The position numbers and the translations under genes are program-made. Shown in pieces: positions 1-9,997 of a DNA stretch of 64,000 nt. The stretch comes from Candidatus Saccharimonadota bacterium (GTDB lineage: Bacteria > Patescibacteriota > Saccharimonadia > Saccharimonadales > Saccharimonadaceae): assembly GCA_905371595.1 (NCBI GenBank), contig CAJPLU010000001.1:9158-73157 (forward strand), written 5' to 3'. Every line of letters begins with the position of its first letter. Positions within the stretch are counted from its first letter, which is position 1. The notes below the pieces were generated by a model that had not been told where the DNA came from, searched no databases, and saw only the letters and a program-made list of their open reading frames with translations.

Positions 1-101
1 TCAATCCAGTCGCCTGGTACGGCAATCTTAACATCGCTGCTTGCCGATGCCACGCCAATTCGCCGCTCGCCGACGTCAAGCGCCAAATACTGCTTAGCCA
101 T
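1..101 (-). CDS. ruvX: Holliday junction resolvase-like / pre-16S rRNA nuclease RuvX (YqgF), 5' part only; runs off the window edge
   Basis: Manual translation from ATG at 101 gives MAKQYLALDVGERRIGVASASSDVKIAVP, the YqgF N-terminal motif (LALDxGxxRIGVA). The start overlaps the stop of the upstream gene, and the gene is near alaS as is usual. Confidence 0.85.
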   Translation of the reverse strand, partial: MAKQYLALDVGERRIGVASASSDVKIAVPGDWI

Positions 102-1746
102 CTATCTGAAACTTTACACTTATCTTCTTGGTGTCATCTGGAACTCTATAAACCCAAAATGGCGAAAGGTTCACATCTACTGATTTTATGCCTTCAACTG
201 TCTTGACGCGCTCTTGAACCTCGCCAACCGATTGGCCTTTGACGTATTCCTTGATGGCATCTTCGTCGATTTTCGGACCAACTTTACCGTTCGCCGAGAC
301 TGTCGCATTAATCGTATCGCCCGAAATAGCTACGTTAGTCAGAGAAACTGTTTTGCTGCCAGTATCATAAATTTTCTGGTTTGACTTGCCGTCAATGCGT
401 TGCTGGCAGTAAGCTTTGAGAAACGTGTCGAACTCGCTGCGAGCAATGCCAGAAAGCGAAAACTTCATTGTACCAGTAATTGCCGCTTGGCCGTCGTTAG
501 CCTCGCTATCAACAGCAGGCTTATTAATGCCAGCAACATCCGCCGCGAATGACTCATTGATAATTGTGTAATCCTTGCCAAACTCAGTTTGCAAAGCAGC
601 TTTGTTTTGGTTCTTATCGTCCTCGGTGACGAGTTCGCGCATTGCTTTATTTATATCGCTTTGTTGAACGACAGTAATAGTTTTGTCAGTACCTCCCGTC
701 GTCGAGCCGCTAATACTTGCTGAAATACCGCTAGGCGCCCCCTTGACTGTACCACTAGCGCCATTATAGCTGGCGCCGCTGCGTGTGGCAGTAATTTTCA
801 CCTTGGCATTACGATAATTACTAAGCGAGATTTTAACACCTTCATTGGTAACATACTCGGCGCCGGAATCTGTCGTCAAAGTTGTTCCTGCTGGAATTTC
901 TGTACCAAGATTGTCAATATCGCGCGTCGAAAAGCTTACTATACCAGTCGCTTTTTCGCCGACATCCTTCTTGCCGGTAGCTGTAAATGTTTTAGAAATC
1001 GCTTTTTCTCTAGTTTTGGTCGTCAGTTTGACAGTACCATCTTGCAAACTAGTGTTAACAGCAGCGCTTGATTTGATATGAGTGTTAACAGCCACGCTAC
1101 TAGTTTGCGCAGAAATGACAATCTGTGCTCGTGGCGCAAACACAAACGCCCACACCAAACCGGCGATCAACAAAATAACAGCCGCACCGATAATGAAGAA
1201 CTTTTTACGAAAAGTATTAAAATCGGGAATTTTCGGACTTTTTTTCGACTTGCTATCCGCCTGGTCAGCAGATTTCTTATCACCGCCATCCCTACCTTTA
1301 GAAGACGGCAGCTCATCCTCTCCTTCGTCTTCAATTTTGCTAAGCTCATCATTAAGAGACGGCTGATCATTCTTATCGCTGGCGGCTGGCACGTTAGGTT
1401 TAGCGCCGCCATCCAACGTTTCCGTTCCGTCAATCACGTCATCATCACTGTTAACTTCAAGAGCCGGGATCTCAGCTAACTCTGGACGACTCTGCAAATT
1501 TTTGGCCACCGGAATACCAGCGCTGCCCGCAAGCGTCGACAAAGCATCATTATTAGTAATAATTACCAGTTTTTTATCGACCCGCTCAGCCGCGCGATGC
1601 ACCAATTTGAGGTTTACTGCACTCTGAATCGCCCCAATTCGCTTTGGCGGCACCAAAGCAATAATGTTCGAATTAGCGGCTTTTATCTTGCCAATGATTG
1701 AAGTAACGTCGTCTTCTACATCTATATAAATGACATCTTTTTGCAT
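94..1746 (-). CDS. Single-pass membrane protein with a baseplate J/gp47-like extracellular region
   Basis: 550 aa. N-terminal alpha/beta domain (IYIDVEDDVTSII...LVIITNN), acidic linker, one TM (FFIIGAAVILLIAGLVWAFVFAP), then motifs resembling baseplate J-like proteins (GEKATGIVSF, IPAGTTL, ATRSGASYN, GGTDK). Family recognised from motifs only. Confidence 0.6.
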   Translation of the reverse strand: MQKDVIYIDVEDDVTSIIGKIKAANSNIIALVPPKRIGAIQSAVNLKLVHRAAERVDKKLVIITNNDALSTLAGSAGIPVAKNLQSRPELAEIPALEVNSDDDVIDGTETLDGGAKPNVPAASDKNDQPSLNDELSKIEDEGEDELPSSKGRDGGDKKSADQADSKSKKSPKIPDFNTFRKKFFIIGAAVILLIAGLVWAFVFAPRAQIVISAQTSSVAVNTHIKSSAAVNTSLQDGTVKLTTKTREKAISKTFTATGKKDVGEKATGIVSFSTRDIDNLGTEIPAGTTLTTDSGAEYVTNEGVKISLSNYRNAKVKITATRSGASYNGASGTVKGAPSGISASISGSTTGGTDKTITVVQQSDINKAMRELVTEDDKNQNKAALQTEFGKDYTIINESFAADVAGINKPAVDSEANDGQAAITGTMKFSLSGIARSEFDTFLKAYCQQRIDGKSNQKIYDTGSKTVSLTNVAISGDTINATVSANGKVGPKIDEDAIKEYVKGQSVGEVQERVKTVEGIKSVDVNLSPFWVYRVPDDTKKISVKFQIDG

Positions 1747-1758
1747 ATTATTTCTCTA

Positions 1759-3042
1759 TTAAATTCGCAAAATCCTATTAATTTTACTGCGAACCGACTG
1801 AGTGTCGCCTGCTCCTATTATTGTATCATAGCCAACACGCAGCAAACCCATCGCCGTAATAAAAGTGTGATCATTGACTTCACCGGTTTTATCCGTAATA
1901 CCAACAACTTGATCGGGACGAATACGCTGTACTGTCGGACGCTTAGTAAATGGCAACTCGCTGTACCAATCGCGCTTTTCGAGAGCTGCAACTAATTGAG
2001 ACAAGCTAGCACCGCCACCGCACAACAAAATACGCGGCGGCAGCTGATCAACTGCATCAAACTCGCTCAATGCTAGCTCTACGCCAGCTAGCCAAACCTC
2101 GAGAGTTTTATCAACGGCTGCTGCTACGTCTTTTTTGACGGTAGTTTTGATTTTGCTATCCTCGATATTGACTTTGAGTTTTTCTGCTTGATCGTACGGA
2201 ATTGACAACTCATCAGCGATAGTTTTAGTAAAACTGCGGCCACCGATGCCAAACATCTTAGTGCCCTCAACACCGCCGTCGTTGACCACCGCGATATCAG
2301 TCGTGCCGCCACCTACATCCGCTAGAATTGCCGTAAAAGCACTACTGCTATCAGCGCCAAGCACGCTACGGCTAACTGCAAACGGCTCAGCAGCGACCGC
2401 TAACAACTCCAAATCAAGCTCTTGCGCCACTCGCTCTAACGCGCCAATATGCACCATCGGCGCAAACGCCGTATAAATTTGCACTGCTACATCCTTACCC
2501 TGAAAGCCAATCGGATTCGACACTTTATAGCCGTCAATATGAATACTAACCAGCGCTGAGTTGACCAGCTTAACCTCAACCTCATCATTGCCCGTCTCTA
2601 AGGCGATTTGTTTTTGCGCCCGTTTAGCAGCGCGATCTTGGACCTTCTCGATAATAAACTCAACTTCTTGCTCATCAAGCGGACGGTCGGGCTGCGGACG
2701 ACGATAACGAATCGTGCTAGTTGTACCTTTTACGAGTTCGCCAGCTATACCGATGACAGCATGCTTGGCCTGCAAGCCAGCTTCGTCTTCAGCCTGAGTC
2801 AGAGCGTCCTCGCAGTGTTGCACTACGCCAGCAATATCAGCAATCGCGCCCGAATGCATATCTGAAAATTCTTGATGAGCACGTCCAACACCAAGAATCT
2901 CAATATCGTCGCCGCTAACGCGAGCTAACAGCGCCTTAACGTTTTCGGTACCGATATCGAGCGCAACAATGTAGTCATCGTGCTGATCGTCGGACTCGCC
3001 CTTTAGATTATTTAGCTTATTGCGTAATCGCTCTAAAACCAT
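1759..3042 (-). CDS. FtsA-like actin-fold ATPase
   Basis: Phosphate-1 ALDIGTENVKA, phosphate-2 ADVGGGTTDIA, adenosine LCGGGASL, FtsA-type SHS2 region (GAIADIAGV), amphipathic basic C-terminus (VRSKINRILRI). No ftsZ adjacent. Confidence 0.8.
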   Translation of the reverse strand: MVLERLRNKLNNLKGESDDQHDDYIVALDIGTENVKALLARVSGDDIEILGVGRAHQEFSDMHSGAIADIAGVVQHCEDALTQAEDEAGLQAKHAVIGIAGELVKGTTSTIRYRRPQPDRPLDEQEVEFIIEKVQDRAAKRAQKQIALETGNDEVEVKLVNSALVSIHIDGYKVSNPIGFQGKDVAVQIYTAFAPMVHIGALERVAQELDLELLAVAAEPFAVSRSVLGADSSSAFTAILADVGGGTTDIAVVNDGGVEGTKMFGIGGRSFTKTIADELSIPYDQAEKLKVNIEDSKIKTTVKKDVAAAVDKTLEVWLAGVELALSEFDAVDQLPPRILLCGGGASLSQLVAALEKRDWYSELPFTKRPTVQRIRPDQVVGITDKTGEVNDHTFITAMGLLRVGYDTIIGAGDTQSVRSKINRILRI

Positions 3043-3113
3043 AACTACATCTATTATATACTACTTTTGCTTATGGTTGCTAGATTTTGCCAAATCATAG
3101 GGGTTTGCAAGAA

Positions 3114-4991
3114 TTAACTCAAAACCGCTTTAATCCGGCGAATTCCCGCCGAGCTGGACTCCTCCTTGGTGATTTTGAATCGCTTGCCACCCTCGGCCAA
3201 GACGCCAGTGTGTTCAACGTGCGGGCCGCCGCAAACTTCGAAACTAACGACATTGTCGCCTTCGCCGATGGAATAGACTTTTACTTTATCGCCGTAGCGT
3301 TCGCCAAAAGCGCCGATTGCACCCATTTTTAGCGCCTCGTCAGTCGGATAAACGGCAAAGCTGACTGGCAAATCAGCGTCAATCCAAGAGTTAACCTGAT
3401 CTTCAACAGCCTGTTTTTCCTCTGGCGTCAATTTATCATGATTAAAATCAAAACGCAGGCGCTCAGACGTGATATTGCTGCCATGCTGTTGCAAATCCGG
3501 AGCATTTAGAACTTTGCGTAGCGCCGCTCCCAACAAGTGCGTCGCCGTATGATATTTCAAATGAATCGGATCGTGACCTTCCAAACCGCCGCTAAATTGC
3601 CCTTTGCGCGCCGTCTTGGAGCGTTGGCGCTGCTCGGCCATTCGCGCATCAAATTCGGCGCGCCAATCATCAGAAAGCTTGATGCCTTGTTTATACGCTT
3701 CCTCAGTACTCAGCTCCACCGGAAAGCCAAACGTATCATACAGCATAAACAACTCTTCGCCAGTCAAGCCGTCGTCGATATAATGTTGCATTTGCCTGAG
3801 ACCTTTACGCAGCGTCTGACGGAAGGCTTTTTCTTCCTTGACCAGCACCGCGATGATACTCTCGCGGTTTTCCTTAACTTCTGGGAAGTCCGCTTCATAT
3901 AAGTCAGCGATTACCGGCACAACTTCCTCCAGGAAATTCTGCTCAATCCCCAGGTCAAAACTATAGCGAATCGCCCGGCGTAATAAGCGGCGCATTACGT
4001 AACCTTGCTCCTTATTACTCGGCACGCAGCCGTCGACCGCCAAAAATACCGCCGCCCTGAGATGATCGGCAATCACACGCATCGACGCGGTGTGTGTAGC
4101 ATATTCCTCGCCGCTTAAACTCTCTAGCTTTTCAATAATTGGCTGTAGTAGGCTGATCTTAAAAACGTCAGGACTGTCAATTGCTGCCGCGGCAATCCGC
4201 TCCAAGCCGCCGCCGAAATCAACATTCTTGCGTTTCAGCGGTTCAAAGCTACCATCGTCCAGCCGGCGATACTGCATAAACACTTGGTTGCCAATTTCCA
4301 TAAATCGGCCGCTATCGCTAGCTGGATGCGCCTGCCCAAAGCTGGCATCATGATGCTGCTCGCCAAAATCATAAAACACCTCGCTATCCGGCCCGCATGG
4401 ATCGCCGATCGGCGTACTATCAATCCCGCCGCCGCGGCTCCACCAGTTCTCTTTATCGTTGTAAAAGAAAATCCGACCGCCCTGCATACCCAGCCTGTCG
4501 CCATTTTCAGCGCTATCCAGCTCGATGATTTTAGCCTCAATGCCTTTTTTGGCGAAAACTTCCTGCCAAATTTGCGCTGCTTCATCGTCGCGCGGAATGT
4601 TGTTTTTCTCATCGCCGATAAAACAGCTAACGTAGATTTTATGCGGATCCAGCCCAACTATTTCTGTCAGAAATTCAAAAAACCACTCAATCTGCTGACG
4701 TTTGAAATATTCGCCCATACTCCAATTGCCCAGCATCTCAAAGAACGTCGTGTGGCGATTATCGCCAACATCCTCGATATCCTGCGCCCGCAAACACGTC
4801 TGGCTATCAGCTAATTTCGTACCCTGCGGATGATCCTGGCCCAGCAAGTAAGGCAACAGCGGCTGCATACCCGAGCCGGTGAATAACGTCGTTGGGTCGT
4901 TGTGCAGTATAAGCGGCGCCCGCTCAATAATAGTGTGGCCGTTCCTTTGGCAAAATTCGAGATATTTCTGGCGGATTTCTTGTGTGTTCAT
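3114..4991 (-). CDS. alaS: Alanine--tRNA ligase, short form
   Basis: DPTTLFTGSGMQP, RHTTFFEMLGNWS, VDFGGGLER, GYVMRRLLRRA, LYDTFGFP; editing motifs HTATH and CGGPH. Ends right after the editing domain. Confidence 0.97.
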   Translation of the reverse strand: MNTQEIRQKYLEFCQRNGHTIIERAPLILHNDPTTLFTGSGMQPLLPYLLGQDHPQGTKLADSQTCLRAQDIEDVGDNRHTTFFEMLGNWSMGEYFKRQQIEWFFEFLTEIVGLDPHKIYVSCFIGDEKNNIPRDDEAAQIWQEVFAKKGIEAKIIELDSAENGDRLGMQGGRIFFYNDKENWWSRGGGIDSTPIGDPCGPDSEVFYDFGEQHHDASFGQAHPASDSGRFMEIGNQVFMQYRRLDDGSFEPLKRKNVDFGGGLERIAAAAIDSPDVFKISLLQPIIEKLESLSGEEYATHTASMRVIADHLRAAVFLAVDGCVPSNKEQGYVMRRLLRRAIRYSFDLGIEQNFLEEVVPVIADLYEADFPEVKENRESIIAVLVKEEKAFRQTLRKGLRQMQHYIDDGLTGEELFMLYDTFGFPVELSTEEAYKQGIKLSDDWRAEFDARMAEQRQRSKTARKGQFSGGLEGHDPIHLKYHTATHLLGAALRKVLNAPDLQQHGSNITSERLRFDFNHDKLTPEEKQAVEDQVNSWIDADLPVSFAVYPTDEALKMGAIGAFGERYGDKVKVYSIGEGDNVVSFEVCGGPHVEHTGVLAEGGKRFKITKEESSSAGIRRIKAVLS

Positions 4992-5063
4992 AGAGGTAAT
5001 TATATCACGAAAACCACCTGATTAGCGACCAACAGCCCGCCATCTCTACGACAAACTAAAGGC

Positions 5064-5564
5064 CTAAAGGACACAGCTCTTAATATATGTCATAATCTCA
5101 GCAAAATTAGCAAAATCATGATGATAGTCTTGTACTTTATCAAATTCTACAAACTCCCTGGCCGACGATTCGTGCGAAGCTACAAAATCATCTATTCGTT
5201 TTACATCAGCCAGAAAAAGCAGCTGATATGCCCTATCAGGGTATCTATCGTTATATTTAGAATGAAATAGCTTTTCAATATGCCAAGCACCAATCAATTT
5301 TAGAGAATTTAGTTCAACGGATGTTTCCTCATACACCTCGCGCCGCGCACAATCTTCTGGCATTTCTCCTAATTCCATACGACCACCCGGCAAACCCCAG
5401 CCACGCAGTGGCTTGGCCAGAAGTATTTTATTTTCATGAACTGCACAAACCATACACGATGTCACAAGCGAAAAGTCAGTAATGGCTTCACACGGATAGA
5501 ATTGAGACTTTGTTGATTTGTCTTTACCCCAAAAAACAACTGGAAAGCTATTATCAATTTTCAT
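5064..5564 (-). CDS. NUDIX hydrolase
   Basis: Nudix box GGRMELGEMPEDCARREVYEETS. Confidence 0.9.
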   Translation of the reverse strand: MKIDNSFPVVFWGKDKSTKSQFYPCEAITDFSLVTSCMVCAVHENKILLAKPLRGWGLPGGRMELGEMPEDCARREVYEETSVELNSLKLIGAWHIEKLFHSKYNDRYPDRAYQLLFLADVKRIDDFVASHESSAREFVEFDKVQDYHHDFANFAEIMTYIKSCVL

Positions 5565-5610
5565 TTAATATAAATACCTTCGCATATTTTATCAGAACAT
5601 TTGGCATTCC

Positions 5611-6663
5611 TTATATATCCAACATTATTCCGCCACCCAAGCACTCTTCACCGTGATATATCACTGCCGACTGGCCAGGCGCCACAGCTCGTTCGGCAGA
5701 CTGTAGATGTAGAGTGTCGGCACTATATATAGCGTTAATGAGCGCCCCGCGGTGGCGCAATCGGACCTGTATTCGTGCACCTTCAGCCAAAGGTTGATTT
5801 ATCCAGTGAATATCTGTCAGCTTAATCTCGGTTCGCCACACGTGTTCGTCGTTGATATTACGGCTAACGTAAACCTCATTCTTGTCCATATTTTTGCCAA
5901 CCACATAATACGGCAACCCGCCGCCAACATCCAGACCATGTCTTTGACCAAGCGTATAAAAAATTGCACCGTCATGCCGGCCAAGCACCCGGCCCGATTC
6001 TTTGTCAATAATATCGCCCGGACGCGTCGTAATATACTGGCTAAGAAATTCGCGCATACCGACATTACCAACGAAGCACACACCCATAGATTCTTTTTTG
6101 CGAGCTGTCCATAGGCCGCGATCTTTGGCAATTTGACGCACTTCAGGTTTGGTCAGATTTCCTAATGGGAACACTGTTTTCGCTAATGCCTCAGACGTCA
6201 CGCGATATAAAAAATAAGTTTGATCTTTGTTATCGTCGCGAGCACGAAGCAAGCGTGCAATATCTGCTAAACGCTCAACCCGCGCATAATGACCAGTTGC
6301 GATATAGTCCGCCCCCGCCGCCAGCGAAGTCTCTAAAAATAGTTTAAACTTAACTTCTTGATTGCACATGATATCTGGATTCGGCGTTCTACCAGCACGA
6401 TATTCGTCAAGCATGTAATCAACAACTTTTTGGCGATACTGTGTTTCGAAATCAAATACTTTAAAATCAATTCCTAATTGCACTGCCACCCGCTTGGCAT
6501 CAGCCAGGTCCTCAGCCCACGGACACTGCATGCCAGGTAAATCTTGGCTCCAGTTTTTCATATAGACGCCAGTAACATCATAATCTTGGTCAAGCAATAA
6601 TGCTGCCGCGACGCTGCTATCGACGCCGCCACTCATACCAACGTAAACACGCGGTCTGGTCAT
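5611..6663 (-). CDS. mnmA: tRNA 2-thiouridine(34) synthase MnmA
   Basis: GMSGGVDSS PP-loop, TPNPDIMCNQEVKF, ATGHYAR, KDQTYFL, GQRHGL, APGQSAV. Start moved to ATG 6663 (ATGA overlap with the upstream stop). Confidence 0.97.
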   Translation of the reverse strand: MTRPRVYVGMSGGVDSSVAAALLLDQDYDVTGVYMKNWSQDLPGMQCPWAEDLADAKRVAVQLGIDFKVFDFETQYRQKVVDYMLDEYRAGRTPNPDIMCNQEVKFKLFLETSLAAGADYIATGHYARVERLADIARLLRARDDNKDQTYFLYRVTSEALAKTVFPLGNLTKPEVRQIAKDRGLWTARKKESMGVCFVGNVGMREFLSQYITTRPGDIIDKESGRVLGRHDGAIFYTLGQRHGLDVGGGLPYYVVGKNMDKNEVYVSRNINDEHVWRTEIKLTDIHWINQPLAEGARIQVRLRHRGALINAIYSADTLHLQSAERAVAPGQSAVIYHGEECLGGGIMLDI

Positions 6664-7265
6664 TCCGCTGCAACTCCCATAATCTTTACCAGCTCTTGCA
6701 ACGCCAGCTGCCAGCCTATAACAGTTGTCCACCACATATTCGACCATTGATTATCTGTAGCTACTGGATGGCTACGCGTTAGTATATTTGGCGCCGCTTT
6801 AGTAAATTCAATTGAAACTCGCCGCGAGTGATAAGCGCTTGTCACCAGAATTACCGATGATATTTGCTTTTGTTTGAGCAACCTAACGGTTTGCGAGGCA
6901 TTCTCGGCAGTTGTTTCGCTGGTTTCCTCTATCAAAATATCACTAGCTGGTACGCCTGCAACGATAGCCTGCCTTCTCATCGCCCGGGCATTACTCGGGC
7001 CAGTTTTATCAGCTGCCGCACCAGAGAAAACTAATTTGCGCGCCCAGTTATTCTTGTACAATCGCACTGCTTCAGCAGTACGAGCGCTGGTATCGCCGCC
7101 ACTCACCGCTACGATCGCATCGGCTGCCGCGCACTGTTGGCGTGTCGCATCTGGAATATCGCTACAACCTTGCAAATCGTTCTTTGATAAAAACAAAGTA
7201 ATACCGACAATTATTGCGGCCAAAATAATAACTAGCGTTACGATAGCTATTAAAAATCTTTTCAC
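6660..7265 (-). CDS. YdcF/DUF218 family protein with N-terminal membrane anchor
   Basis: DAIVAVSGG, LVFSG, EETSETTAENA, LVTSAYHSRR motifs. Confidence 0.88.
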   Translation of the reverse strand: MKRFLIAIVTLVIILAAIIVGITLFLSKNDLQGCSDIPDATRQQCAAADAIVAVSGGDTSARTAEAVRLYKNNWARKLVFSGAAADKTGPSNARAMRRQAIVAGVPASDILIEETSETTAENASQTVRLLKQKQISSVILVTSAYHSRRVSIEFTKAAPNILTRSHPVATDNQWSNMWWTTVIGWQLALQELVKIMGVAAE

Positions 7266-8410
7266 GCTAACCTGGCCTTTTCTGTATTAATCGCAGCGAT
7301 GATTTCTCGGGCAGCCGCCGTGCACGTTTCAGAATCCGATAGGCGACCCAACGTCAGACGCAAACTGCCGTCCGCTGCCTCTGGCGCTAAGCCAATCGCT
7401 TCTAGTACATGCGAACGTGTTCCAGAATTCGCGGCGCAAGCGCTGCCAGTCGCTACCAACACCCCTTTTTGCTCTAGCATAAAAACTAACCGTTCAGCGT
7501 CAATTCCGGGGAATGATATATGCAAATGACTTGCCAGGCGATGTTTTTGATCGCCAGAAACAATCGCCCACGGAAAAGCTTCTGTCAGCTGATTTTGCAG
7601 CTGGTCGCGCAACTGGCGCAAGCGCTTATTCTCAGAATTACGATGTTGCTGCGCTAATTCTAGCGCTACTGCAAACCCAATAGTACCCACAACATTTTCG
7701 GTCCCGCTGCGCAAGCCCCGCTCTTGCCCGCCGCCGCGAACTAGCGGCTGCAAGCGTATCATCCGATTGCACCAAAGCAAACCAACTTGTTTCGGGCCAT
7801 AGATCTTACCAGCATTTAGCGTCAACGCATCAACGCCTAGCCGCGCTACATTGATGTCAATTTGCCCAGCCCCTTGCGAAGCATCAGTGTGCAAATAAAT
7901 CGGCGTCAGCTCACCCGCTTCAAACCGGCGGCGACGCTCAGTACGGACAACTTCAGCAATGTCGCGTAGCGGTTGAATGGTACCGAGTTCGTGATTAGCG
8001 ATAGCGATAGTTATTAGCTGCGTATCTGGCCTAATAGCTGCTTGAATATCGCGTGGCGCTATATTGCCTTTTTTAGATGGAGTCACCAACGTCACATTAT
8101 CACCAAGCGCTTTCAGTACTGCATCATGCTCAATGGCACTTGATACGATATGCCCGTCAATGCTATTTATCATCAAATTAATAGACTCGGTAGCACCAGC
8201 CGTCACAACCAGCTCGCTAGCCTGTCCGCCAAGACAAACCGCCAAACGATGCTTAGCTTTATTATAAGCGCGCTTGACTTCCACCGCTGGAGCATACGGC
8301 GCCGAAGGATTATAAAACATCTCAGAGAAATACGGCTGCATCGCCGCCAAAACGCGCTCGTCTAGAGGCGTGGCAGCAGCATGGTCGAGATAGATTATCG
8401 ATGATTTCAC
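7262..8410 (-). CDS. iscS: Cysteine desulfurase (IscS/NifS family)
   Basis: YLDHAAATP, GATES, HTDASQ, PLP-lysine region NAGKIYGPK, RSGTEN, catalytic GSAC. Sits upstream of mnmA. Confidence 0.93.
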   Translation of the reverse strand: MKSSIIYLDHAAATPLDERVLAAMQPYFSEMFYNPSAPYAPAVEVKRAYNKAKHRLAVCLGGQASELVVTAGATESINLMINSIDGHIVSSAIEHDAVLKALGDNVTLVTPSKKGNIAPRDIQAAIRPDTQLITIAIANHELGTIQPLRDIAEVVRTERRRRFEAGELTPIYLHTDASQGAGQIDINVARLGVDALTLNAGKIYGPKQVGLLWCNRMIRLQPLVRGGGQERGLRSGTENVVGTIGFAVALELAQQHRNSENKRLRQLRDQLQNQLTEAFPWAIVSGDQKHRLASHLHISFPGIDAERLVFMLEQKGVLVATGSACAANSGTRSHVLEAIGLAPEAADGSLRLTLGRLSDSETCTAAAREIIAAINTEKARLA

Positions 8411-8418
8411 GCTTTCTA

Positions 8419-8853
8419 TTATACCAATTTTTCGCCGGTCTCGGGATCTCGCTTGTAAACTTGGCGGGCAACTTGCTCATAATACATTTGCGTAGCGATA
8501 CTAAAATTACGCAATTCATCGCCCTCGAGGTATGAATAACGCGGGCCAGGTTGAGTTTTCAAGATACCTCGATCGGTTACTTCATACTTGATAGTGTGGG
8601 TTTTAAGTTTGTGCTTGGCATCAATCCATTCCTCATGCCACATCCATGTTTTTTCGTCCAGACAAAAGAATTCGCGGCGATGACCCTTCGGTATCTCTCC
8701 AAAAAGTTCCGAGCCAATTTCGCTTTCTAGCGCCAACAGTTCGCGCTCACTCAGTTTCTTGAGCGGACGTTTTTTGCGAAGCTTCGACAAACCAAGCGAT
8801 AAATCATCGCCGACAAGCATTGTGATAGTTTTTTTGAGTACGCTTTTTACCAT
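8419..8853 (-). CDS. Hypothetical protein
   Basis: 144 aa ORF in the operon-like run, with a globular-looking core (ESEIGSELFG...RREFFCLDEKTWMWHEEW). Confidence 0.75.
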   Translation of the reverse strand: MVKSVLKKTITMLVGDDLSLGLSKLRKKRPLKKLSERELLALESEIGSELFGEIPKGHRREFFCLDEKTWMWHEEWIDAKHKLKTHTIKYEVTDRGILKTQPGPRYSYLEGDELRNFSIATQMYYEQVARQVYKRDPETGEKLV

Positions 8854-8856
8854 AAT

Positions 8857-9195
8857 TCAAGTTGCGCTTTTACGTTTAAATTCCTCAAGATACTTCGCAT
8901 AACCCGCTTCATAACCCGAGCGAAGGTTTACCACCCCTTGACTCGCCCGAGCAATAATCTCCTCGGGAGTAAGATGCTCGTTCTCTAGCTGTTCGTCTAG
9001 CGATTTAATATAATCAATTGCCGATGAATCGATAGCCTGATCGGGCTTTGCTGGTTCGGCCTGTCGGCGAGCCAGTTCGCCTAATCGTTGCAATTCAGGG
9101 TTACTAGCATAAGTATTATTCTCATAACTAAAACTACCGACATTTTCTGCCGGTATTTTATTAAACTTACTCCTGTACTTCAAATCTTCATTCAT
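8857..9195 (-). CDS. Hypothetical protein
   Basis: 112 aa ORF with an ATGA overlap with tatD. Confidence 0.65.
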   Translation of the reverse strand: MNEDLKYRSKFNKIPAENVGSFSYENNTYASNPELQRLGELARRQAEPAKPDQAIDSSAIDYIKSLDEQLENEHLTPEEIIARASQGVVNLRSGYEAGYAKYLEEFKRKSAT

Positions 9196-9992
9196 AGGCT
9201 TACCCCAAAAACTTGCCGCGCGTTGCGAGTAGTTACGCTAGCGGCCTCTTCTATAGCAAGGTCACGAGCGCGCGCATGATATTCTGCTACCTGCCTCACA
9301 TACGCTGGTATATTCACTTTACCACGAAATGGCACTGGCGTCAAGAAAGGTGCGTCAGTTTCAAAAACTAAGCGTTCAAGCGGAATTTGGTTAAACATTT
9401 TCTGTTGATTTTTATTTTTAGTAAAAGTACTTATGCCGTTAACACCAACATATAAACCACGATCCAGTCCATGCTGCAAATTTTCCTCAGAGTCGGTAAA
9501 GCTATGCAAAATGCCGCGCAAACCTTTGAATTCATCGAAAATCGGCCAAAAATCCGCCCAGACTGCGCCAGCAGCAGCTTTTTCGTCGCGTACATGAAAA
9601 CTAATCGGCAGGTTAAAATCTCGCGCTACCTCAAGCTGCCGCCGCAAAACGCTCTGTTGTATGTCACGCGGACTATTATCATAAAAATAATCCAAACCAA
9701 TTTCACCAATACCGACGATTTCATCGCGATTGCCTGCTACCAATTGGCGCAATTCCTCGACGTTATTTGTCGCTGCGTCGTGCGGGTGAATGCCGACAAC
9801 CGGCCAAGCAAAATCATGCATCCTAGCAAACTCTAGAGTCTGACGCGAGCTGCGCAAATCTGTACCGACACAAATCATCGCTACGCCATTCTTCACCGAT
9901 TCCTGGTAAGCCTTCTCGCGCGCCGAAGCGTCATAGAACTCGCTATCATGAATATGACAATGCGTATCAACTAAGCGAAGCAACGAATTCAT
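9192..9992 (-). CDS. tatD: TatD family hydrolase
   Basis: DTHCH, GIHPH, GEIGLDY, HSFT, ETDAPFL; directly downstream of metG. Confidence 0.96.
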   Translation of the reverse strand: MNSLLRLVDTHCHIHDSEFYDASAREKAYQESVKNGVAMICVGTDLRSSRQTLEFARMHDFAWPVVGIHPHDAATNNVEELRQLVAGNRDEIVGIGEIGLDYFYDNSPRDIQQSVLRRQLEVARDFNLPISFHVRDEKAAAGAVWADFWPIFDEFKGLRGILHSFTDSEENLQHGLDRGLYVGVNGISTFTKNKNQQKMFNQIPLERLVFETDAPFLTPVPFRGKVNIPAYVRQVAEYHARARDLAIEEAASVTTRNARQVFGVSL

Positions 9993-9997
9993 TTGGC

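Noticed and set aside
94..1746. Prophage or contractile injection system, suggested by the baseplate J-like region
   Set aside because: No sheath, tube, spike, capsid or integrase genes. The protein has a TM and sits among housekeeping genes.
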